Made by a program: the position numbers and the translations under genes. Below the pieces are notes generated by a model. The model searched no databases, was not told the DNA's origin, and saw nothing but the letters and a program-made list of their open reading frames with translations. This document shows, one piece after another, positions 46,253-54,932 of a DNA stretch of 64,000 bases (position 1 is the stretch's first letter; every line of letters starts with the position of its first letter). This DNA comes from Minisyncoccia bacterium (lineage in GTDB: Bacteria > Patescibacteriota > Minisyncoccia > Moranbacterales > GCA-2747515): positions 6,215-70,214 of the forward strand of contig JBGSQF010000004.1 of the NCBI GenBank assembly GCA_041738235.1, in the 5' to 3' direction.

Positions 46253-48592
46253 ATGTTTACACCTTTTATGTTTGCAAAAAAAAATAAAAAGATCGTTCTT
46301 TTGTTTTGCCTTTTTTCTGTTGCATTCTTTCTTCTCCCGATATCTTTTCCGGGAGATTTGTCTTTTTCTCATGGGGACGTTTTACTTACCGCATCCGCTG
46401 ATAACACCGGAAGCACGGGCACGAACGAGTACAAAGCGGAGTGGACTAGTCCAACGACCTGGATGATTAATTTCCTTTTGATGATCCAAGGATTCTTAGC
46501 CTACTTTCTCGATGGAGCCGTTTCACTCCTGACCAAATTCATAGACGCCACCCAAGTAAGATCATTTCTCAATAACTCCATACTCACCGATGTTTGGAAA
46601 GCTGTTCGTGATGTGTGCAACCTCGCGTTTATTCTCACGCTTCTTTTTTCCGCGTTCGCCACGATATTTCATGTAGAGAAATACCACATCAAGACCATTA
46701 TCGTGAAGTTGGTATTGATGGCCCTTCTTATTAACTTCAGCCTCCCCATCACGCGATTTATCACCGATACCGGGAATGTCCCCATGTACTATATGGCACA
46801 GGTCCTCTTTGGAAGCTCCTCCACCACTAATGTCGGGCAACAAATAGAACAACAATCCAACATTGTTTGTGCCATCGTGCCCTATTACGATGACTGCTAT
46901 CAAAGAACACAAATATCGGAGGCACAATATGGGACATCCCAACAAGATGACTCTTCCGTACTTTTCGCTTCGATCGCACTCTTATTCCTCTTCACTATCA
47001 CCATGTTCGTCCTGGCGATGCTTTTTTGCATACGAACAGTAGCGCTCGGAATTCTCATTATCTTTTCTCCACTAGGATTTATAGGAGTGGCTGTCCCGGC
47101 ACTCAATAAATATTCCAGTGAGTTCTGGGAGTCCCTTATCAAATATACGTTCTTCGGTCCAGTGATGCTCTTCGTACTGGCAGTGTCAGTAAAGCTCATG
47201 TCCGCTATGACCGCCCAAGCTCTGGATAACAAACTTTCTACCACCGGATTTACCGGTATCGTCAGCGCTATCGAAGCTGTCGCTACCCCGATCGTTATCC
47301 TCTGGATGGGTATGATGATAGCCCAAAAGGCCAATGTTGCCGGTGCCGGTGCCATCATCGGTATGGCCCAAAAAGTGGCGAAGATGCCGGTAAACTTTGC
47401 AGGGAAGATGGCAAAGGGCATTCCTATGAGCGTGGGGAGATTTGCAGACAGAAGACTTGCCAAAACGGGGCAACGCTGGTCTGAGAGTGGTAACAGACTC
47501 GTAAGAGGTCTAGGTATCGGTATGCGAACACTCAGCCCAACAGCGACCAAAAATGCCTTCAAGGCAATGGGGGAGAAAAGAGATAGAGAAGCCTTTGGTC
47601 GCGCATCCGCAGGAGCTGAAGATCTCTTTACTAGCATTCGAGATCATACCATAAGCGCTATTAATCCTTATGCTTACTGGAAAGGTGTCCAGGGCGCTAA
47701 AGGTGCTGGCGCAGGTGAAAAATGGAAAGGATTCAAAAAAGGTCTCTTCTACAATGTAGACAGAAATGATAGCCTCTACGAAGCAACGGAAAAAGAAGCG
47801 AGTGATGAATCAAAAAGCCTGCCTATGCAAAAATTTGATTATGTCTACAACGAATTTCAAAACGCGATGGATCGTGGGCAAGTACCGCGTGTTCACGGTA
47901 TGTTACGCGCAATGACAGAAAATAATGACCTGGTCAATGAATTTGTATTAAAACATGGAGCAGAGTTTGATGGTGGAAACAACGAAGTCAGCCCTGAAAA
48001 CGTCCGTCATGTACTTGACGAAGCGTATAAAAAAGCTGGTGTTCACGACGCCGAACAAAGAGCTAAATACATAATGACGCTAGGCGAGATCGGAACATCT
48101 AAAGGAAACTTTGCGCTCACCGGAATGACCGATGTAGACAAAGATGGCAAGTTCTTTACATACGGTCAAGATCAAAGAAGCAAGGAAAATCAGGCAAAAG
48201 CTGCAGCCGGAAAACTTATAAACATGGAGTCACAAGCACGAGCACGAACCATGCACCCCGATATTTTCTTCAATTATACCATGGTGCCAGACCCAAGTGA
48301 TCCAACAAAAGAAATGAAAAAATTCTCAGGAATATCTGAGGTCGGAAAAGAGATCTTAAAAAATCTCAAGGGAGATGACCTTCAGCAAATGGATAGAACC
48401 CGTGGAGACCTTAAAAAGATCATGGAGCAGTATGTGACACAAATATCTACATCTTCTAATCAAGCGGATAGGGACGATTTCAATGCCCTACCCAAGCTTC
48501 AGAGAGAGTACATCGTCGCAATGAGCCACATGTCACAAGGTAAACAAAAGGGTGACGCTATGACAGCTGCAACAAGCAGTTCTACCTTATAA
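46253..48592 (+). CDS. VirB6/TrbL-like polytopic membrane protein with long C-terminal domain
   Basis: WKAVRDVCNL, ALLINFSL, IIFSPLGF…FWESL pattern; position upstream of prgI and virB4. Confidence 0.7.
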   Translation: MFTPFMFAKKNKKIVLLFCLFSVAFFLLPISFPGDLSFSHGDVLLTASADNTGSTGTNEYKAEWTSPTTWMINFLLMIQGFLAYFLDGAVSLLTKFIDATQVRSFLNNSILTDVWKAVRDVCNLAFILTLLFSAFATIFHVEKYHIKTIIVKLVLMALLINFSLPITRFITDTGNVPMYYMAQVLFGSSSTTNVGQQIEQQSNIVCAIVPYYDDCYQRTQISEAQYGTSQQDDSSVLFASIALLFLFTITMFVLAMLFCIRTVALGILIIFSPLGFIGVAVPALNKYSSEFWESLIKYTFFGPVMLFVLAVSVKLMSAMTAQALDNKLSTTGFTGIVSAIEAVATPIVILWMGMMIAQKANVAGAGAIIGMAQKVAKMPVNFAGKMAKGIPMSVGRFADRRLAKTGQRWSESGNRLVRGLGIGMRTLSPTATKNAFKAMGEKRDREAFGRASAGAEDLFTSIRDHTISAINPYAYWKGVQGAKGAGAGEKWKGFKKGLFYNVDRNDSLYEATEKEASDESKSLPMQKFDYVYNEFQNAMDRGQVPRVHGMLRAMTENNDLVNEFVLKHGAEFDGGNNEVSPENVRHVLDEAYKKAGVHDAEQRAKYIMTLGEIGTSKGNFALTGMTDVDKDGKFFTYGQDQRSKENQAKAAAGKLINMESQARARTMHPDIFFNYTMVPDPSDPTKEMKKFSGISEVGKEILKNLKGDDLQQMDRTRGDLKKIMEQYVTQISTSSNQADRDDFNALPKLQREYIVAMSHMSQGKQKGDAMTAATSSSTL

Positions 48593-48615
48593 AAAACTAG
48601 AGACGTACAAATTCT

Positions 48616-50436
48616 ATGTTAGCCACTCCTCAAAATATTTCTTTTGCTTTGGAATTTGCTGATTCTGACTTGGCAATGAAAATCCTCAAAGAAACTCACT
48701 TTGGGGAATCTCTCCCAGTTGTTAACGGAATCGTAAATCACCGGTCTAAACTCCTTGCCACAGCATTTCCCGAACTGCCCGACAATCTCGCCACAGAAGT
48801 CATGCAAAGACACCTTCTTGAGTTCTATCGACTCGGAATATCCTTTCGCGATCACCTCACCAATCGATATCTTTTTCAAGGACGAGTAGTAAAGAATGAG
48901 CAACAGGCAATACTCCTCAAATCTATCCGACAAAATAGTGAGGTACTCGCAGGAAAAACGATAGGGGAGTGGGTTCACCTTTTTGATCAAATTTATCCCC
49001 CAGAAGAACGCACTCAGGAAGAGATCCTTCCATTTTGTACAAAGATACTCAAAGACTCGTCTCAGTCAGAGCAACAGATCGCTGTTCTCAAAGATATTTT
49101 GGGTGTTTATGAAACACTTTTAACCACTCAACTCATAGACATCATCGATACAACCCTTGCACTAAAAAACATACGAAGGGAAAAAGGTACCCCAGAACAA
49201 GATCTCCCCAACGTTCTTAGAAGGACCCCCTCAACACAAACTAAAAACTTAAATAACGATCTACCCCAATCTAGAGCGGAGACCCAGCAAAAAAATATGG
49301 TTCGACTCTCTCTCAAAAAAGCGGTTGAAAAGTATCCGAGGATCATGAACGAACGGGTTACGGATAGCGATATCGTTTTTCGAGGATCCGACGGACCCGT
49401 TATTCCGAGCGTAAAGAACTGGATCACGGCGTACCACCAAGAAATGGGGTCGGGGACACACGAACCCTATGAACGTAGTGAATTTTTGTTTCACAATAAA
49501 AGCGCAATGTCCCTTTCTCAGCGAGAACGCACTGTTTTGTCCGAAGTCCTTCGCTCCCTCGATGAAGAAAGCGAGCTTCCCATCAATCCAGAAACTCAGT
49601 CAATTGACCTTCTCCAACTAGAACAGCTTACTGTATCATCAACAAATACCTCCTCCCGACAGCTCTCAAAGCAAGAAGTTATTCTCCCTTCTGCTTCTAG
49701 CCAAAACATCCCAGCAGCGGAAAGATCGGCTGCTTCCCTCTATACGAGAGAGCCCATCGATGACCGAAAAGACGCCTGGCACACAGCTGACACACAAAAC
49801 GCAACACCTCGATCTTCGAAGTACCTACAAAACACCTCCTTTTCGCAAAACCTTACTGGTGGAATCGACCCACGGTCTCGCCAGAACCCAAGTCAGACAC
49901 TGCAACGACCATCTGCCGAAAATACCGCTCAAAATTGGCAGGATGCCAATGTAAAAAAACCTACAATAACCAACCCCAACCTGAAAAGCATTCAGATGGA
50001 AGAGAAACAGAAAGAGTGGGAAGCTCCCAGATCATTCCCCGCTCAGCCCCAAGTACCCCCCTTACAGGCAAGCCACCAACACGGACCGATCAACCCCACT
50101 GCCAGGATGCAGCAAACACCTCGCTCAGCCACACCCCTCCCTCAAACAGATCATTTGGACTACACCGACTATTATCCTATTCCCAAAGAACCGAAGCGCC
50201 CCACACAAAGCATCCCCTCAAATCTTTCCTTTTCGTCGCCACATACTTTCCCCGTAGAAAAAATAGAGAAACAGTCCCTTGCAGCAAGTGCGGTTTCTCG
50301 CGCAAGCCAACAGAACATCCCGAACAACCGTCCGCAACAACCCCAAAGACAGCCACTCTCCACAGCAAAAAATTCACAAAATCCCACACAAAACCTATCT
50401 CAGAAACAACAGCCGAAGCGAATGATCATTGGATAG
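48616..50436 (+). CDS. Hypothetical protein with P/Q/S/T-rich disordered C-terminus
   Basis: 606-aa ORF inside the secretion locus. Confidence 0.75.
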   Translation: MLATPQNISFALEFADSDLAMKILKETHFGESLPVVNGIVNHRSKLLATAFPELPDNLATEVMQRHLLEFYRLGISFRDHLTNRYLFQGRVVKNEQQAILLKSIRQNSEVLAGKTIGEWVHLFDQIYPPEERTQEEILPFCTKILKDSSQSEQQIAVLKDILGVYETLLTTQLIDIIDTTLALKNIRREKGTPEQDLPNVLRRTPSTQTKNLNNDLPQSRAETQQKNMVRLSLKKAVEKYPRIMNERVTDSDIVFRGSDGPVIPSVKNWITAYHQEMGSGTHEPYERSEFLFHNKSAMSLSQRERTVLSEVLRSLDEESELPINPETQSIDLLQLEQLTVSSTNTSSRQLSKQEVILPSASSQNIPAAERSAASLYTREPIDDRKDAWHTADTQNATPRSSKYLQNTSFSQNLTGGIDPRSRQNPSQTLQRPSAENTAQNWQDANVKKPTITNPNLKSIQMEEKQKEWEAPRSFPAQPQVPPLQASHQHGPINPTARMQQTPRSATPLPQTDHLDYTDYYPIPKEPKRPTQSIPSNLSFSSPHTFPVEKIEKQSLAASAVSRASQQNIPNNRPQQPQRQPLSTAKNSQNPTQNLSQKQQPKRMIIG

Positions 50437-50534
50437 CGATGCGAAACTTCTGTTTTGAACGTGAAACAAAATAATACGCAACTTTTTATGTTTTCGTTCG
50501 AGTTTCTTCTGCTATAAATCGTAATTCTTTGCGT

Positions 50535-50930
50535 ATGCACGCTGATGTCCCACAATTTATCGATGTAGAAGATAAGATCGCCGGCCCACTTACCTGGAAA
50601 CAACTCCTCTGGATGATCGGACTACTCGTTCTTCTTATCATTCTCTACAACATCTTTACAGCTGGAGCCTTTATCATGATCGCTATCCCCGTATCTCTTA
50701 TTTTTGTGGCCTTTGCATTCATTAAGCCTTATGGACAACCCATGACAACATTTGTCTATTACGGGGTTATGCATCTCTTCGGACCAAAAATATATGTCTG
50801 GAAAAGAGAAGTTCGAACGATCGCAAAACCGGTACAAAAGCCCACCAACACAACAAAAAAAGGAAATGCAGTTTCAGCTCTCACCCTCGAAGACATAGAA
50901 TCCCTCGCACAAAGACTTGATAGAAAATAA
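50535..50930 (+). CDS. prgI: PrgI-family (VirB3-like) membrane protein
   Basis: VPQFIDVEDKIAGPLTWKQ, two TM helices, PKIYVWK. Confidence 0.85.
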   Translation: MHADVPQFIDVEDKIAGPLTWKQLLWMIGLLVLLIILYNIFTAGAFIMIAIPVSLIFVAFAFIKPYGQPMTTFVYYGVMHLFGPKIYVWKREVRTIAKPVQKPTNTTKKGNAVSALTLEDIESLAQRLDRK

Positions 50931-51061
50931 CAACCCTGACAAAATATTTTAGAAATGCTATACTGTGTGCACATTCGGTAAGCCTATGTGAATTTGTTTT
51001 GTTACGTGATATACAAATATATTTTACGCCATCTCCACACAATAATTAAGTTTCTTATTCC

Positions 51062-51754
51062 ATGGAATCACTTCATTCATCAAAACTCGTAGAGGGAGGT
51101 AGTAAGCAACCAAGCACACTGCGATTCGTTGACGTCTCTGAGATCAGAGATGGTGTTGTTATGCTTCGCAATGGCTCTCTTCGAGCCATTCTGGGAGTTT
51201 CCTCTATTAACTTCGACCTCAAATCGACCGACGAACAGGAAGGTATTATCCTTCAATTCCAGGGATTTCTTAACTCTCTCGATTTCCCAGCACAATTTCT
51301 CATCACATCAAGACGTCTCAATATACAGCCATACCTAGAAACGCTCACCAAGCACGAATCAGGACAAACGAACGAACTTCTACGCATCCAGATCGCTGAA
51401 TATAAAGATTTTATAGAGAACCTCACGAAAGTCAGTAACATCATGTCCAAACGATTTTACGTTGTTGTTCCCTTTTTCCCCATTGAAGCCAGTAAGAAAA
51501 GCTTTTTTGACACTTTGTCCGCCGTTGTCAACCCGCAAAAGACGATCATCTATAAACAGGAGCTCTTCGAAACATATAAAAATCAGCTCTTCCAACGAGT
51601 GGAGCATATCTCTTCAGGACTTTCAGGAACCGGGCTCCGAATGATACTCCTAAAAACAGAAGAGGTTATCGAACTCCTTCACAACTCCTACAACCCAAAC
51701 CTTTTTGCCACCGATATATTAAAAGGTCTCGAAAATGTAGATGTAAAGATGTAA
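51062..51754 (+). CDS. T4SS-associated protein resembling the VirB4/TraC N-terminal region
   Basis: IRDGVV, SINFDLKS…EQ, FLNSL, KRFYVVV; located between prgI and virB4. Confidence 0.65.
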   Translation: MESLHSSKLVEGGSKQPSTLRFVDVSEIRDGVVMLRNGSLRAILGVSSINFDLKSTDEQEGIILQFQGFLNSLDFPAQFLITSRRLNIQPYLETLTKHESGQTNELLRIQIAEYKDFIENLTKVSNIMSKRFYVVVPFFPIEASKKSFFDTLSAVVNPQKTIIYKQELFETYKNQLFQRVEHISSGLSGTGLRMILLKTEEVIELLHNSYNPNLFATDILKGLENVDVKM

Positions 51755-51818
51755 AAAACAAAAGATCCTCGAGTGAGGAAGTCCTAAAAGATACTTTTTC
51801 ATTGTCAAAAACAATCCT

Positions 51819-53630
51819 ATGTTTTTTAAGAAAAAAACCAACGATCAAAAAATACCCAAAGATCCTATTATGGCGAGCCACGCAGACTATGAAGCCGGTA
51901 TGGAAACGGTACGAAGCTTCATTGCCCCCTCAGCTATAGAATTTTCTCCAAACTACGTGCAAATAGGGGAGGTGTTTTCCAGAACACTCTTTGTGACCGC
52001 TTATCCAAAATACCTCAGCACAGGCTGGTTCTCTCCGATCATCAATATCGACTTTTCTATGGACATTGCGATGTTCGCAAGTCCTATGGAAACGACCGAG
52101 GTTCTCAAAAAACTTCGAGACTCAGCGGCACAGCTTAACTCACAGATACGAATCGAGCAAGAATCGGGACAAGTACGAGACCCCGTCAAAGAGTCAGCCC
52201 TCGAAAACGTTGAGCGTCTCCGCGATGGACTTCAGGAAGGAACAGAGCGCTTCTTTCGTTTTGGTCTCTATATCACTCTCTATGGAAAGACCAAAGAAGA
52301 ACTTGATGAGATCACAAGGAAACTTGACGCCATATTGGAAGCCCAGATGGTCTACGTAAAACCGACCGTCCTTCGCATGAACCAGGGATTTTCGTCAACG
52401 CTGCCTCTCGGAAACGATGAACTCAACCTCTGCAATAACCTTAATACCACACCGCTTTCCACCACATTTCCCTTTATTTCCTCAGAACTTTCTTCCAATG
52501 AAGGAATTTTGTACGGCATAAACCGACACAATAATAGTTTGGTCCTTTTTGACCGTTTCAACCTGGAAAATGCGAATATGACCATATTCGCCAAATCTGG
52601 AGCGGGAAAAAGCTATGCCGTCAAACTAGAACTTCTCCGATCTATGATGCTCGGCACGAATATCTGCATCATCGACCCGGAAAACGAATATAAACACCTT
52701 TGCGAGGCCGTAGGAGGAAGTTTTATCTCCATCTCCCTTAACTCCAGAAGTCATATCAATCCATTCGATCTCCCTAAAATAAGCGACGAGACCGACCCTG
52801 CCGACATGTTTCGAAGCCATATCGCTACACTCATTGGCCTCCTTCACCTTATGTTAGGCCGTGTGACGCCTGAGGAAGATTCGATCCTTGACCGAGCTAT
52901 ACGTGAAACATACGCCATACGAGACATAACCCCAGAATCCAACCTCAAAGCCATTGGTACCGAACAAGTCCCAACCATAACCGACCTATACAATGTTTTA
53001 CAAAACATCGAAGGAGCAGAGTCCCTCTCAGCAAGACTTGAGAAGTTTACCGAAGGGGTTTTTTCTGGGTTTCTCAATCACCCCACAAACGTAAGTTTTG
53101 AAAATCAAATGATCGTTTTTAATATCCGCGACCTTGAAGAGGAGTTAAGACCGATCGCTATGTATGCCGTTTTGCAGATCATCTGGAATGCGATGCGATC
53201 AGAGCTCAAAAAACGCCTTTTGGTCGTAGACGAAGCATGGGTCATGATGCAAAATGAGGACGCTGCCTCATTTCTCTATGGGATAGCCAAACGCTGTCGA
53301 AAATATTACACAGGCCTCACCACTATCACCCAGGATATTTCCGACTTTATGAACTCTCGCTATGGAAAGCCGATCGTCAACAACTCTTCCCTCCAGATAC
53401 TTCTCAAACAATCCCCCTCATCGGTAAATGTCATTGCGGATACCTTTTATCTCACAGATCAAGAAAAATTTTTGCTCTTGGAGTGCAATGTGGGAGAGGG
53501 AATATTCTTTGCTGGAGCCAAACATGTGGCCATAAAAGTCATTGCTTCTTATTCCGAAGATCAGATCATCACCTCAGATCCAAGACAGCTTCTCGAGATC
53601 GAAGAGGCCAAAAAAGAGCTTGAGGGATAG
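51819..53630 (+). CDS. virB4: VirB4-like T4SS ATPase
   Basis: AKSGAGKS Walker A, IIDPENEY, INPFD, VVDEAW, RKY, ITQ. Confidence 0.9.
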   Translation: MFFKKKTNDQKIPKDPIMASHADYEAGMETVRSFIAPSAIEFSPNYVQIGEVFSRTLFVTAYPKYLSTGWFSPIINIDFSMDIAMFASPMETTEVLKKLRDSAAQLNSQIRIEQESGQVRDPVKESALENVERLRDGLQEGTERFFRFGLYITLYGKTKEELDEITRKLDAILEAQMVYVKPTVLRMNQGFSSTLPLGNDELNLCNNLNTTPLSTTFPFISSELSSNEGILYGINRHNNSLVLFDRFNLENANMTIFAKSGAGKSYAVKLELLRSMMLGTNICIIDPENEYKHLCEAVGGSFISISLNSRSHINPFDLPKISDETDPADMFRSHIATLIGLLHLMLGRVTPEEDSILDRAIRETYAIRDITPESNLKAIGTEQVPTITDLYNVLQNIEGAESLSARLEKFTEGVFSGFLNHPTNVSFENQMIVFNIRDLEEELRPIAMYAVLQIIWNAMRSELKKRLLVVDEAWVMMQNEDAASFLYGIAKRCRKYYTGLTTITQDISDFMNSRYGKPIVNNSSLQILLKQSPSSVNVIADTFYLTDQEKFLLLECNVGEGIFFAGAKHVAIKVIASYSEDQIITSDPRQLLEIEEAKKELEG

Positions 53631-53677
53631 ATGATCCATCTTCATGCTGAACAAGATTTTCACCAAAATGTGTTTTT

Positions 53678-54202
53678 ATGCGCGATGCCGCTCAACAAAT
53701 GGTCGCGAGTCGGCTCCAGCAGGCAAGATCCGACTCGCTTAATGCCTCACAAGAAAGCGCCTCCCAAACAGGGGCGGTTCAAGCCGCCGAAGAAACTGCC
53801 ACAGAAGTAGTAAAAGCAGGTAGAAAAGGTCCTATCGCGATAGCAAAAGCTGCCGCCACACTTGCTTTTCGGCATAGAAAAAAAATTCGAGATGGTGAGC
53901 TTGGGGTGTTTATCGTACCTCTTACTTTTGCGATCTCAAAAGATGGCGTTCTCGATCTTATTCCCATCTTTGGAAAAGTGTTCGGGCTTTTTATAACATT
54001 TTACCTTTTCGTTTTTCTCTGGGGACGCGGAACATGGAAATGGAAGGTGCTTCGCACAATACTTCTTCTCTTCGATGCCTTTGTCCCCTTTTTGAGCATT
54101 CTTCCCTTCACAACTTTCTGCGTCGCCATAACCTACGGACACGCGAAAGCAGATGCAGAAAAAGCAAAAAATGAGCTCAAACGCCTTGGAGTGACCACTT
54201 AA
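53678..54202 (+). CDS. Membrane hypothetical protein
   Basis: C-terminal TM helices with DLIP…ILPF. Confidence 0.7.
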   Translation: MRDAAQQMVASRLQQARSDSLNASQESASQTGAVQAAEETATEVVKAGRKGPIAIAKAAATLAFRHRKKIRDGELGVFIVPLTFAISKDGVLDLIPIFGKVFGLFITFYLFVFLWGRGTWKWKVLRTILLLFDAFVPFLSILPFTTFCVAITYGHAKADAEKAKNELKRLGVTT

Positions 54203-54285
54203 AACACTCGATGAGAAGGAATCCTTTCTGCACACGCTTCTTTTGTTTTTCCTCTTCTCGAATACACAAAAATGCTCTATACTAG

Positions 54286-54927
54286 ATGTATATGTTACAA
54301 CAAAAAACAAAAAACATTTTTCTTGGGTCGATAGCGCTTATAAGTATTGCCGGGGCATTCCTTTTTCCTGCACACGATCTCTTTCAAACATTCCTTGCGG
54401 GAATTGCTTTCCTGATCATCTTCCCTTATTTAACAATAAAGTTCGTTCTCAAAGAATCTGTTAAGCAATACGGCCTCACATTTCCCCAATTTAACAAAAA
54501 ACTCTTTCTCCAATTTGGTTCACTCTTTCTCATATCTCTGGGTCTTTTCTTTATACTCTTCTCTTATACACCACTTGGAAAGCACTATTTTCCACCAACG
54601 TTCCTCACACAAAGATTTTTTTTCTTCTTTCTGTACAGCATTCTCGTTGGGGGAACCTTTTCTCTTATTTTTAGCGCTTTTTTTCAGGGATTTCTTCTCT
54701 TTTACTTTGAACGACTATGCAAAGAATGGGCCATCCTTCTTCAATGGTTTTGCTTTATGCTCTTTCTTTTTATAGCAGGTGATTGGGGATGGAACATGAC
54801 CCTCTACATATACATCTCCTTATTTTCTGGAGCGCTGGCCTACATCTCACGATCATTTCTCACGAGTTTTATCTTTACCTGGATCTTTGTTATACTAGCA
54901 GATATGTTTCTTTTAAAATTCTTCTAA
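54286..54927 (+). CDS. Multi-pass membrane protein, possibly a degenerate CAAX/Abi family member
   Basis: About six TM helices; FFQGFLL and YISRS echo Abi motifs but the catalytic Glu/His residues are absent. Confidence 0.55.
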   Translation: MYMLQQKTKNIFLGSIALISIAGAFLFPAHDLFQTFLAGIAFLIIFPYLTIKFVLKESVKQYGLTFPQFNKKLFLQFGSLFLISLGLFFILFSYTPLGKHYFPPTFLTQRFFFFFLYSILVGGTFSLIFSAFFQGFLLFYFERLCKEWAILLQWFCFMLFLFIAGDWGWNMTLYIYISLFSGALAYISRSFLTSFIFTWIFVILADMFLLKFF

Positions 54928-54932
54928 CCTCT